NCBI GenBank assembly: GCA_965660855.1 | Contig: CBFIBM010000003.1 | Span: 86,382 to 150,381 of the forward strand | Reading direction: 5' to 3' | From: an uncultured bacterium | GTDB taxonomy: Bacteria > Fidelibacterota > Marinisomatia > Marinisomatales > UBA1611 | DNA length: 64,000 nt | Shown here: positions 1 to 8,408 of the stretch, piece by piece | How the letters are laid out: each line of letters opens with the position of its first letter | Position numbering within the stretch: the first letter of the stretch is position 1 | The notes under the pieces: model-generated | Databases searched by the model: none | Told to the model about the DNA's origin: nothing | What the model saw: the letters and a program-made list of their open reading frames with translations, nothing else | Translations under genes and position numbers: made by a program

Positions 1-1
1 A

Positions 2-253
2 TTATCAGATAGTACATTTAATGAAGTAACGGTACCACCAAGTCAGACTTCTGCTTGGTATCAAGATAACAGTGCTGTTGAGTACGGAGGGATAGATGAA
101 ATAATTAGCTATAATATGACATCTCATGTAGCTAGTATTGAAAATCCAAGTCGTACTTTTATTATTTATGAGTATATAGGTCATACCACCTACAAGATTC
201 AGTTTCTTGAGTATACTGACGGGGTAGTCTCTTTACAATTTTTTGCATTATAA
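2..253 (+). CDS. 3' end of an ORF truncated by the window edge; hypothetical protein
   Basis: Frame +2 is open from base 2 to TAA at 251-253 (...RTFIIYEYIGHTTYKIQFLEYTDGVVSLQFFAL*). It is absent from the ORF track because it has no start in the window. Family not recognised. Confidence 0.4.
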   Translation, partial: LSDSTFNEVTVPPSQTSAWYQDNSAVEYGGIDEIISYNMTSHVASIENPSRTFIIYEYIGHTTYKIQFLEYTDGVVSLQFFAL

Positions 254-662
254 ATTGAATAAAAATCAACATAATATACTGCCATCGAGTAATTTTTTTA
301 CTCGATGGCTGTGGCTTCTCATTGGCCTTATTCTAACGGCAATTGGTTTTATTGGAATTGTGGTTCCAGGCTTACCTACTACTATATTTATGATATTAGC
401 GGCAGGTTGTTATTTTCGAAGCTCGCAAGGATTGTATAATTGGATAATTAATCATAGATACTTTGGACATCATGTTAAAAATTATCGTGAAGGAAGAGGT
501 ATGCCTTTAAAAGCAAAAATTTTATCCCTTATAATGATGTTTGTTTTTGTTTTTTATGCATTATTCTTTTCAATTCCGGATGATCTATTGTCTTTAAAAA
601 TCATTATATTTTTAGTTGCTTCTTTTGGTGCAAAAACAATTTTAAGTCTTCCGACTAAATAA
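243..662 (+). CDS. YbaN/DUF454-family inner membrane protein
   Basis: LIGLILTAIGFIGIVVPGLPTTIFMILAAGCYFRSS... matches the DUF454 N-terminal signature (G..lP.LPTT.F.llAa.cf.rsS). There are four hydrophobic segments. The start is a TTG (243 or 255) that overlaps the upstream stop. Confidence 0.7.
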   Translation: MHYKLNKNQHNILPSSNFFTRWLWLLIGLILTAIGFIGIVVPGLPTTIFMILAAGCYFRSSQGLYNWIINHRYFGHHVKNYREGRGMPLKAKILSLIMMFVFVFYALFFSIPDDLLSLKIIIFLVASFGAKTILSLPTK

Positions 663-732
663 CATATTTTTAATGTTACTTTATAATTCTGAGATATAAA
701 ACCAGATACGATAATTTTAATAATAGTAAGAT

Positions 733-1434
733 TTGTATATGAATTTCTATTCTTTATTTGGTTTTATACCTAAACATACTTTGCTAGTTGTTTTACCAAG
801 ATTAGCTACAATTTTATTTATTTTTTTTCAGCTTGCGGGAATGTTTTTATATCCAGGAGGTACAATGTTTAATTCCGCGTCAAAGGGTTATACTTTTTCA
901 GAAAACTTTTTTTCGGATATGGGCGCATATACTGCAAGGAATGGAGAACCAAACTATCTTTCAATGATTCTGTTTTCGTTTTCATTAGCTATTGTAGGGG
1001 TAACATTTATATTATATTACTTTACACTGCCTTTACTTTTCAAAAGTAATAAATTAAATTATTTATTTACTTTGATTGGTACTTTATTTGCATTTATGGG
1101 TTCTATATGTTTAATTGGAACAGGTCTGACACCATCTGATCTAGTTTTGAAAAGTCATCAGTTTTTTGCAAACAATATTTTTTATTCCTTCTTATTAACT
1201 TCATTCTTTTATACTATAGCTATTTTTAGATCAAATCAAATAGAAAAAAAATATGCTATTGGTTATTTTATATTTTTTTTATCAATATTCATCTATGTGG
1301 GAATACTAAATTTTGGGCCATCGGCTGATTTAAACAATTCAGCTCTTATTTTTCAAGTTATTTCACAAAAAATTATAGTATTAGTTTTTATTTTTTCAGT
1401 TATCCACCAAACATTTGGTTTCTCAAAGTTATAA
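733..1434 (+). CDS. polytopic membrane protein, function unknown (possibly DUF998-like)
   Basis: About six hydrophobic helices across 233 aa. TTG at 733, or ATG at 739, as start. No catalytic motif recognised. Confidence 0.45.
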   Translation: MYMNFYSLFGFIPKHTLLVVLPRLATILFIFFQLAGMFLYPGGTMFNSASKGYTFSENFFSDMGAYTARNGEPNYLSMILFSFSLAIVGVTFILYYFTLPLLFKSNKLNYLFTLIGTLFAFMGSICLIGTGLTPSDLVLKSHQFFANNIFYSFLLTSFFYTIAIFRSNQIEKKYAIGYFIFFLSIFIYVGILNFGPSADLNNSALIFQVISQKIIVLVFIFSVIHQTFGFSKL

Positions 1435-1550
1435 ATTAAAGATGCTAAAATATTAAATAGAATTGAGTTTTTAAAATATAGTAAATCATAGATAAATTGT
1501 ATCAATCAAAATTTTTGAATATTGAATTATAGTATATTAGGAGGACAATA

Positions 1551-1742
1551 GTGAAAAATTTATCAGTAATAATTTTTTCTTTCTTTTCTTTAATCATAGC
1601 TATTTCCGCTATGAATTATGAAATAAATACTAGTTCTCCTAATTGTGTACCATTCAAAGGAAAAGGGTTTAACTCTTGTTGTTCAATTGATATGAAATCA
1701 ACATACAACAAATCATGTGAAAAGAATTGCTGTCTCAAATAA
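1551..1742 (+). CDS. small secreted cysteine-rich protein (63 aa)
   Basis: GTG start 6 nt after a GGAGG Shine-Dalgarno (taggaggacaataGTG). N-terminal signal-like helix (LSVIIFSFFSLIIAISA). The roughly 40-aa mature part has 7 Cys, including two CC pairs. Confidence 0.5.
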   Translation: MKNLSVIIFSFFSLIIAISAMNYEINTSSPNCVPFKGKGFNSCCSIDMKSTYNKSCEKNCCLK

Positions 1743-1758
1743 CCGAGTAGCTAGCTTT

Positions 1759-3147
1759 ATGAAAAATTACATTACCCTATTCAGTTTAATAACTATAGTT
1801 AGTTCTGAACCAGGAGACTTAGTTGAATATAATTTTCAAAATAGAGTTCCAGTAACCTCGATAAATAACATTATTAGTAGTCTTGCTAATTCTCTTGGTT
1901 TTAATTCTTTTGATTTGAATTATTCAATTAATATATATGATATTCATTATGAATCTATAAATGTTGAGGGTAGCTTGGATACTTTATCAGGATTGATATG
2001 TATCCCAGAATCTAATACTAAATCATTTCCGATTTTAAGTTATCAACATGGCACTCAAATACTTGATTCTTCTGCACCATCAATTGTAGGAGTAAGCCTA
2101 TCTGGAATATATAATAATTTTGAAACTACTTTAATTGGTTTGATTACAGCATCATCGGGTTTTATATCTTTGCTTCCTGATTACGAAGGTCTGGGAAATA
2201 CTGAAAGGTTTCATCCTTATATTGTTGGTGAATCTTATGGTAAATCTTTGGTAAATATGATCCGTGCATCAAAAAAATTTTCCAAAGAAATAAATGGTGC
2301 CCAAAAATTTCAAAGTAATAATCAATTATTTTTACTGGGCTATTCAGAAGGAGGATATGCTACTCTTGCGGCCCAAAAAGATATTGAACTTAATTTTTTT
2401 GACGAGTTCCAAATTACAGCCTCTTTTCCAATGGCGGGACCATATGACCTTTCGGGCACAATGGTTGACTATTTTTTATCTGATCCTGATTACTCACAAC
2501 CATACTATGTACCATATGTATTGACTAGTTATTTATGGACTTATGAGGGGTTGGATGTCGATTTTTCTGATTACTTTACTCCATTTTGGGCTGAAAACCT
2601 TCCTATTCTTTATGATGGTAGTCATTCCTCCAGTGAAATAAATTCAATGATGCCTAATAACCCACTTGATATTTTATTACCTGAGGTATTGGAAGAATTT
2701 CAGAATAATCAGGATCACTTTTTTAGGCAAACGTTGCAAGAAAATACTCTTTTGGATTGGACTCCATTAAGTCCTACATTTTTTTATCATGGTTTAGGTG
2801 ATGATATAATACCTTATCAAAATAGCCAGGCTGTGTATAATATATTTACAGAAAATGGTGCTTCTAATGTAAACCTAATACTCTTTCCAGAAGTTCTAGG
2901 TGGTCACTCTGAGGTCGCAATAACGTGTTTATTATCAGGGTTTGAAACTGCTTTAGATTATCAAATCATAAATAATAAAGGAGATGTAAATATTGATGGC
3001 AACATAACTATTTTAGATCTAACAATAGTGATATCTCATCTGTTTGATGAAACAAATTTTTTAGACCTTGAGTATTGGGCTGCAGATGTAAATTTTGATA
3101 ATAATATATCTTTATTTGATATTTTGCTTTTAGCAGATAGTTTATAA
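1759..3147 (+). CDS. secreted alpha/beta-hydrolase (lipase-like) with C-terminal type-I dockerin module
   Basis: ATG at 1759 gives a signal peptide (MKNYITLFSLITIVSS). Nucleophile elbow GYSEGG. The C-terminus (2980-3144) has two EF-hand-like dockerin repeats, GDVNIDGNITILDLTIV and ADVNFDNNISLFDILLL. The track start at 1717 overlaps the previous gene and is unlikely. Confidence 0.7.
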   Translation: MKNYITLFSLITIVSSEPGDLVEYNFQNRVPVTSINNIISSLANSLGFNSFDLNYSINIYDIHYESINVEGSLDTLSGLICIPESNTKSFPILSYQHGTQILDSSAPSIVGVSLSGIYNNFETTLIGLITASSGFISLLPDYEGLGNTERFHPYIVGESYGKSLVNMIRASKKFSKEINGAQKFQSNNQLFLLGYSEGGYATLAAQKDIELNFFDEFQITASFPMAGPYDLSGTMVDYFLSDPDYSQPYYVPYVLTSYLWTYEGLDVDFSDYFTPFWAENLPILYDGSHSSSEINSMMPNNPLDILLPEVLEEFQNNQDHFFRQTLQENTLLDWTPLSPTFFYHGLGDDIIPYQNSQAVYNIFTENGASNVNLILFPEVLGGHSEVAITCLLSGFETALDYQIINNKGDVNIDGNITILDLTIVISHLFDETNFLDLEYWAADVNFDNNISLFDILLLADSL

Positions 3148-3225
3148 TATTTCTATGAAAAAATATGTTATAAGAGGATTAATAATTTTATTTCTCTGCT
3201 ACTTATTATTTTACTACCTATTAAT

Positions 3226-3414
3226 TTGGTCAACTTATTTTTGATGAAGTTAAGTTTAAAAAAAATATTATTAATGATTTTTTGGATGGGTATAGCAGGG
3301 GGTATAGTTATTATTTTAGATAGGTTTTTTAATCCTCCAGATGAAATATCAGGAGTGCTATATTTTTTGAGTATTGGAATAGCTGCTTCTGCAACTTTGA
3401 ACTATTATAAGTAA
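3226..3414 (+). CDS. small hydrophobic protein (two predicted TM helices), hypothetical
   Basis: ORF only. A likelier ATG at 3244 overlaps (TGATG) the stop of an untracked 29-aa hydrophobic ORF at 3155-3244 (MKKYVIRGLIILFLCYLLFYYLLIWSTYF). Confidence 0.25.
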   Translation: MVNLFLMKLSLKKILLMIFWMGIAGGIVIILDRFFNPPDEISGVLYFLSIGIAASATLNYYK

Positions 3415-3419
3415 GTTTT

Positions 3420-4034
3420 ATGAAGAAAAAAGCCACAGATATTTTTAGTGATTGGGCAGAAAACGGTAAAGATTTAGGAATGGAGATATCACATTCAAAA
3501 GCAGTAAACACCATGCTTAAATATTTATTAAGAAACCAAAAAAAATCTTTTGATTTTATTGATGCAGGTTGTGGAAATGGATGGGTAATTAGAAAAGTTA
3601 AAAAGAATAAACAATGTAAGGTTGCTATTGGAGTTGATGGGGCTAAAATTATGATAGAAAAAGCAGTCGTTAATGATCCAAAAGGGAAATATTATCATAC
3701 AGATTTATTAAAGTGGTCTCCCAATAAAAAAGTTGACTTTATTCATAGTATGGAGGTCTTATATTACTTTAATAAACCTAAAACTTTAATAACTCATATG
3801 ATTACTTCTTGGTTAAAACCTGGTGGAAAATTTATTTCTGGATTAGATTATTATGAAGAAAATATAAACTCTCATACATGGCCTACTAGTTTGAACACAG
3901 ATATGACCTTGTTATCAATGCAAAAATGGGGCGATTTATTAAAAAATTGTGGTTTGAAAAATATTAAAGTTTTTCAAACTAATACTTCTTCAACATTCCT
4001 TGGAACTCTTGTTATATACGGAGAAAAAGAATAA
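3420..4034 (+). CDS. class I SAM-dependent methyltransferase
   Basis: Motif I FIDAGCGNGW and downstream Rossmann-like motifs (VDFIHSMEVLYY, LKPGGKF). Confidence 0.7.
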   Translation: MKKKATDIFSDWAENGKDLGMEISHSKAVNTMLKYLLRNQKKSFDFIDAGCGNGWVIRKVKKNKQCKVAIGVDGAKIMIEKAVVNDPKGKYYHTDLLKWSPNKKVDFIHSMEVLYYFNKPKTLITHMITSWLKPGGKFISGLDYYEENINSHTWPTSLNTDMTLLSMQKWGDLLKNCGLKNIKVFQTNTSSTFLGTLVIYGEKE

Positions 4035-4035
4035 A

Positions 4036-4542
4036 ATGCCTTTTCGTGGTAAAAAATATAATTGGTTACTGTTAATAATTTTTTTGTCAATAATAAATTT
4101 AATAAATGGTCAAAACTCTACAAAACTCAAACATAAAAGAGGGAATATGAAAAAAACTGACTCCGAATGGGAAAAAATATTATCTGCTGAAGAATATCAT
4201 ATTTTAAGAGAAAAAGGAACTGAGCGTGCATTTACAGGTGAGTATGACAAACATTTTGAAGAAGGGACTTATGTGTGCTCTGGTTGTGGAACAAAAATTT
4301 TTGAATCAGATTCAAAATATAATTCTGGGTGTGGGTGGCCTGCTTTCTCTGAGGCAGTTCCTAATTCTGTTGAAGAGACTCAAGATAATAGTTTTGGCAT
4401 GAGACGCATAGAAATCACATGCAAAAATTGTGATGGACATTTAGGACATGTTTTTAATGATGGACCGAAGCCAACAGGAATTCGCTATTGTATAAATTCA
4501 GTTGCAATGGATTTCTTACCACAAGATAATAAAAAGAAATAG
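4036..4542 (+). CDS. msrB: peptide-methionine (R)-S-oxide reductase MsrB
   Basis: CSGCG...CGWPAF...CKNCDGHLGHVFNDGP...RYCINS are the two CxxC zinc motifs and the catalytic Cys of SelR/MsrB. Start is ambiguous. ATG 4036 adds a 37-aa signal-like leader. ATG 4147 (agagggaatATG) gives the canonical cytosolic length. Confidence 0.85.
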   Translation: MPFRGKKYNWLLLIIFLSIINLINGQNSTKLKHKRGNMKKTDSEWEKILSAEEYHILREKGTERAFTGEYDKHFEEGTYVCSGCGTKIFESDSKYNSGCGWPAFSEAVPNSVEETQDNSFGMRRIEITCKNCDGHLGHVFNDGPKPTGIRYCINSVAMDFLPQDNKKK

Positions 4543-4545
4543 CCT

Positions 4546-5151
4546 TTATCTATAAATAAATTCTTGGATAGTTCGTCGTTCTGTAAGTGGAATTTTATGG
4601 CCGGTTGAAAATAATTTTAGGGATACTAAATAGCCTTGAGATTTCAATATTGTGTAAGATTCCTCACTTTCTAAAGGAAAAACTATTTCATCCTTTTGTC
4701 CATGTAATAAAAGAACACGTGTTTTTTTGCTATATATATTAAATTCATCTTTTGATTTATTTTTAAATTTAAAAAAACCTGCAATAGGTATTACACCTCC
4801 TAATGAAAAATTTTGACGTATTAAAAACTCTAAGGAAATGCTTGCCCCTTGAGAAAAACCCAAAATAAAGATATCTTTATTTAAAAAACCTTCTTTATTA
4901 GCTAATTTAATAATTTCTGAAATAATTTTGATTGACTTATTACATTTCCATTTCTGTTTATCATCTTGGAAATACCAAGAGTATCCTTTTTTTGGAGATA
5001 CGTAGGGTGCTTCGGGTATTAGCCATTTAGTTTTTTTTAGATTTAACATTTTAGCTATCGGTTTCATTGAATTTATGTCCCCGGTCCACCCATGAAGAGC
5101 AACCACTGCCCTTGTGGGCTTTTCAGATGTTGAAAAAGATTCTAATTTCAT
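4546..5151 (-). CDS. phospholipase/carboxylesterase-family alpha/beta hydrolase
   Basis: LHGWTGD, nucleophile elbow GFSQGA, LLLHGQKDEIV and a C-terminal GHKI, typical of the Abhydrolase_2 esterase layout. Confidence 0.7.
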   Translation of the reverse strand: MKLESFSTSEKPTRAVVALHGWTGDINSMKPIAKMLNLKKTKWLIPEAPYVSPKKGYSWYFQDDKQKWKCNKSIKIISEIIKLANKEGFLNKDIFILGFSQGASISLEFLIRQNFSLGGVIPIAGFFKFKNKSKDEFNIYSKKTRVLLLHGQKDEIVFPLESEESYTILKSQGYLVSLKLFSTGHKIPLTERRTIQEFIYR

Positions 5152-5196
5152 TTAAGATAAATCGATGATTAATATACTTTGTATTTAATTTATCTT

Positions 5197-5862
5197 TTAT
5201 AATAAATTAGATTTTCTTGATTCTTCGTAATCAGTCATTCTTTTTGAAAAATCCTTAAAATTTACTGCTTGGAGTAAAGAGCTAATTTTTATATTGTCTT
5301 TTAATGTAATACTTTTTTTCTCACTATAGTGATGTCCTGGATAAACTCGTAAATGATCTGGAAGTTTTAAAATTTTATTATAAATAGATAAATACAAATC
5401 TTCTATATCGCTCCCTGAGCTAATTACGCGCCCAGTTCTTCCGACAAACAACGTGTCGCCAGTAAAAATAACAGGTGATAAAAAGTAGCAAATCGAGTCA
5501 AAATAGTGTCCAGGTGTATGGATACTTTTAATTTTTAAATCTCCAATTTTTATAATTTCATTATCATTAATAATTTTAAAATTTGAATATAAAAATTTAT
5601 CTGATGATTCAGGATGCCCAAAAATAAATATTTCTGGATTATTAATTACATATTCATCAATATATTTGATGTGATCATGATGACTATGGGTAATTAATAT
5701 TGCAGCAGGGGCTCTTTTTAGAAATGGCTTAATAGAGGAAAATTCAACTGAGGGGTCAATAATTACTTGTATTCCACTCGCATAGCATGTTAAGACGTAG
5801 CAAAAATTATTATCATAACCACCTAATACAGATTGAATAGAATAATTTGAATTGTTTATCAT
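5197..5862 (-). CDS. MBL-fold metallo-hydrolase (glyoxalase II-like)
   Basis: Metal motif THSHHDH, later HTPGH and GDTLF. Confidence 0.75.
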   Translation of the reverse strand: MINNSNYSIQSVLGGYDNNFCYVLTCYASGIQVIIDPSVEFSSIKPFLKRAPAAILITHSHHDHIKYIDEYVINNPEIFIFGHPESSDKFLYSNFKIINDNEIIKIGDLKIKSIHTPGHYFDSICYFLSPVIFTGDTLFVGRTGRVISSGSDIEDLYLSIYNKILKLPDHLRVYPGHHYSEKKSITLKDNIKISSLLQAVNFKDFSKRMTDYEESRKSNLL

Positions 5863-5962
5863 GAATTTTTAGAGAGTTTCTATAATTTTTTGTAGATTTA
5901 GGCATATTGAAATTACATTATTAAACAATATAATATCTCAATAAATAAATAGAGGTTATTAA

Positions 5963-6130
5963 ATGAAAAATAAACAAATAGCATGGTATCTCATTTTTGC
6001 TGGCCTCATAATATTTATGATAGAGTTTGTAACAACTATTTTAGCTTTTATTGGAAACCATCCATTACTTGGTTTAGCATGTCTAATTATACTAGTGGGT
6101 ATTTTTCTTCTTGCATATGATGATGAATAA
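5963..6130 (+). CDS. 55-aa two-TM hydrophobic micro-protein, hypothetical
   Basis: Untracked ORF ATG 5963 to TAA 6128-6130 (MKNKQIAWYLIFAGLIIFMIEFVTTILAFIGNHPLLGLACLIILVGIFLLAYDDE), preceded by agaggt. ORF evidence only. Confidence 0.25.
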   Translation: MKNKQIAWYLIFAGLIIFMIEFVTTILAFIGNHPLLGLACLIILVGIFLLAYDDE

Positions 6131-6163
6131 ATGATGACTTTAATAAAAAAAAAGGGAAACTAA

Positions 6164-6850
6164 ATGAAAATCAGTATTATCCTAACGATGTTATTTATGA
6201 TAGCATGTAGTAATCAAAGTTCTAAAAAGTCAACTTCAAGCCTTGAAAATTTTGATGATTCTACAAGCTACTCAATTGGTGCAGATTTAGGTGTAAACCT
6301 TAAAAGACAAAATGTCGATATTAATTATGATGTGTTTTTGGCAGGCTTAGTCGATGGAATGGAGCTAAGTGATAAGGATGTGAAATTAAATCAAAGTGAA
6401 AGAAGAAAAGTGATGTCTGTTTTGCAAAATAGAATAAGAGAAAAAGAAAAAAATCAAGGTGGAGAAAATTTAAAAGCAGCTGAAGCTTTTTTATCTGAAA
6501 ATAAAAAAAAGATAGATATAAAAGAAACCCCAACAGGTCTTCAATATAGAGCTTTAAAAGAAGGAGATGGTGAAAAACCTAATGCAGATGAAAAGGTAAA
6601 GGTTCATTATGTTGGTCGGTTAATAGATGGGACTAAATTTGATAGTTCCATTGATAGAGGAGAACCTGCTGAATTTGGACTAAATCAAGTTATAAAAGGA
6701 TGGACAGAAGGTTTACAATTAATGAAAGTTGGATCAAAATATGAATTTTTCATTCATCCTAAAATTGCATATGGTTCAAGACCCAGACCTCAAATTCCTG
6801 CAAATAGCTTGTTAATTTTTGAAGTAGAGCTACTTGAAATTTTAAAATAG
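6164..6850 (+). CDS. FKBP-type peptidyl-prolyl cis-trans isomerase, lipoprotein (FkpA/Mip-like)
   Basis: Lipobox LFMIAC. The C-terminal FKBP domain reads VHYVGRLIDGTKFDSS...GWTEGLQLMKVGSKYEFFIHPKIAYG...LIFEVELL. Confidence 0.85.
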   Translation: MKISIILTMLFMIACSNQSSKKSTSSLENFDDSTSYSIGADLGVNLKRQNVDINYDVFLAGLVDGMELSDKDVKLNQSERRKVMSVLQNRIREKEKNQGGENLKAAEAFLSENKKKIDIKETPTGLQYRALKEGDGEKPNADEKVKVHYVGRLIDGTKFDSSIDRGEPAEFGLNQVIKGWTEGLQLMKVGSKYEFFIHPKIAYGSRPRPQIPANSLLIFEVELLEILK

Positions 6851-6873
6851 ATATTATTCTAATAAATTAATGA

Positions 6874-6903
6874 AAAAAGGGAGTGAAAACTCCCTTTTTT
6901 TTT
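6874..6903 (+). terminator. intrinsic terminator after the FKBP gene
   Basis: GGGAG(6879-6883)-tgaaaa-CTCCC(6890-6894) followed by a 9-T run. Confidence 0.7.
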
Positions 6904-6906
6904 GTG

Positions 6907-6980
6907 TACGCCCGAGAGGATTCGAACCTCTGACCCTCTCCTTAGAAGGGAGATGCTCTATCCAGCTGAGCTACGGGCGC
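6907..6980 (-). tRNA. tRNA-Arg (anticodon TCT)
   Basis: The reverse complement is GCGCCCGTAGCTCAGCTGGATAGAGCATCTCCCTTCTAAGGAGAGGGTCAGAGGTTCGAATCCTCTCGGGCGTA. It folds as a cloverleaf with anticodon loop CTTCTAA and T-loop GGTTCGAATCC. CCA is not encoded. Confidence 0.9.
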
Positions 6981-7158
6981 ATACTAAAGTAAATTTACAA
7001 AGATTTTTATTGTAATAACAATAAAGGGTTCAACATTATTATAATTATATTGTTCTTAAACTATTGATAAAAATTTTAATGGTAATTTGGATTAATTCAA
7101 GTTTAATTATTGAAATAATACGCTTTAGATACAGATAAATCATTATCATAGAAAAAAC

Positions 7159-7188
7159 TTGACAGATTCATATTATATGTCGTACAAT
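7159..7188 (+). promoter_or_regulatory. sigma70-like promoter candidate for the 75-aa repeat protein
   Basis: TTGACA (7159-7164), 18-nt spacer, TACAAT (7183-7188). GGAGG lies 6 nt before the ATG at 7266. The promoter consensus of this lineage is unknown. Confidence 0.35.
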
Positions 7189-7265
7189 TGCAATTGAGAG
7201 AACTGACGTTTTAAGAATCTCTTCACTACCAAAAAACCAAATTAACATCAGAATGGAGGTCTTTT

Positions 7266-7493
7266 ATGGCTGAAGTAGTTGCAAATACAGGAGTTTCAAA
7301 GGATAAGGGCTATTTATATTATCTTGGAAAAGATGGTAATGTATGGCGTTCACAGATGGCGCGAGCAGGAAAAGGAGGAGGAAACGCAGAGAAGGTTGCA
7401 GATGCAGGTGTAACGCGTGAGTCCGGTTATCTTTATTTTATAGATAAGAATGGTAACGTTTCAAGGTCTCCTATGGCGAGGGGGCGTAAATAG
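7266..7493 (+). CDS. small basic protein made of two tandem ~35-aa repeats, unknown function
   Basis: Repeat 1 is NTGVSKDKGYLYYLGKDGNVWRSQMARAGK. Repeat 2 is DAGVTRESGYLYFIDKNGNVSRSPMARGRK. Strong SD and its own terminator. Confidence 0.6.
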   Translation: MAEVVANTGVSKDKGYLYYLGKDGNVWRSQMARAGKGGGNAEKVADAGVTRESGYLYFIDKNGNVSRSPMARGRK

Positions 7494-7511
7494 TAGTTTG
7501 AATTTATCTTG

Positions 7512-7542
7512 AAAGGCTCTCTTTTTGGGAGCCTTTTTTTTT
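7512..7542 (+). terminator. intrinsic terminator
   Basis: GGCTCTC(7515-7521)-ttttt-GGGAGCC(7527-7533) followed by a T-run. Confidence 0.7.
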
Positions 7543-7617
7543 AACGTAAAATACCAAAAAATATAGTAAATTTATATCTGAAGTAATTATTAATTTAACA
7601 TTAAAATAATTAAAAAT

Positions 7618-8403
7618 ATGCGAAGTATAATTTTTTATAGTCTATTAATTTTTTCATTTCTTCCTTTGAACGCTGAAGGAATGCAGTTGTTTAGATCAAA
7701 AAAAGCATCGGCAAAGGACTCGAGAAATGAAGATCAAAGTAATAAAAGAGAAATTATTACAGAAGATTTTTCCAAACCTGAAGTTACAACAAGAAAAAAT
7801 ATAGAATCAGTTATACCTGTTAAAAGGATACCTAACGGTTGGGTTTTTCGAGATGAATTACTCGCTCCATGGGAGTCTAATCTGCCTGCTGTTTTATCAA
7901 TTATACCCGATACTACTGTAGAGGTAATATATCACGACGATAACAGAACAACTAGAGAAGGTTTTGTTTTACCAATTAAGAGAGCTTCTGTCGAATTTCA
8001 ATATACATCAAGACTAACACATGAGCTGATAATGTTAGAATTTGTAAATGTAGACTTTATTTATAGTACAACCAATAATAATGACTCTCATTTTATTCTT
8101 GAAGGGATTACAAAAAAAGTGAAATTGAAAGATACTGGATTCCCCCAGCTTGCTGCATCTGATATTATTAAACATAAAGTCCTAATGGAATATGGTAGTC
8201 CAAAGGAATTCGATGGAGTATGGCATATTTACGAAGATTTAAACTCTTCTTATAAAGTAAGAGAATTAGATGAAAGAAATATTAAAGTTGAAACTAAGAG
8301 CCTTCAAGTATCTGATAAACTTGAAAAAGCTATTGATGATACATATTCAAAACAAGGTATTGAATATAAAAAGAGACTAATGGTTCAAGGGATTGATATT
8401 TAA
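7618..8403 (+). CDS. secreted hypothetical protein
   Basis: Signal peptide MRSIIFYSLLIFSFLPLNA. No family recognised. Confidence 0.45.
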   Translation: MRSIIFYSLLIFSFLPLNAEGMQLFRSKKASAKDSRNEDQSNKREIITEDFSKPEVTTRKNIESVIPVKRIPNGWVFRDELLAPWESNLPAVLSIIPDTTVEVIYHDDNRTTREGFVLPIKRASVEFQYTSRLTHELIMLEFVNVDFIYSTTNNNDSHFILEGITKKVKLKDTGFPQLAASDIIKHKVLMEYGSPKEFDGVWHIYEDLNSSYKVRELDERNIKVETKSLQVSDKLEKAIDDTYSKQGIEYKKRLMVQGIDI

Positions 8404-8408
8404 TTATC

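Noticed and set aside
1717-1758. Track start of the lipase ORF that overlaps the Cys-rich peptide gene
   Set aside because: The ATG at 1759 immediately yields a typical signal peptide and removes the overlap. The upstream 14 codons look non-native.
6983-7158. Possible small RNA gene in the 280-bp gap between tRNA-Arg and the repeat-protein gene
   Set aside because: No conserved ncRNA signature (tmRNA, 6S, SRP, RNase P, riboswitch cores) or stable extended structure could be recognised by eye. The region is extremely AT-rich.
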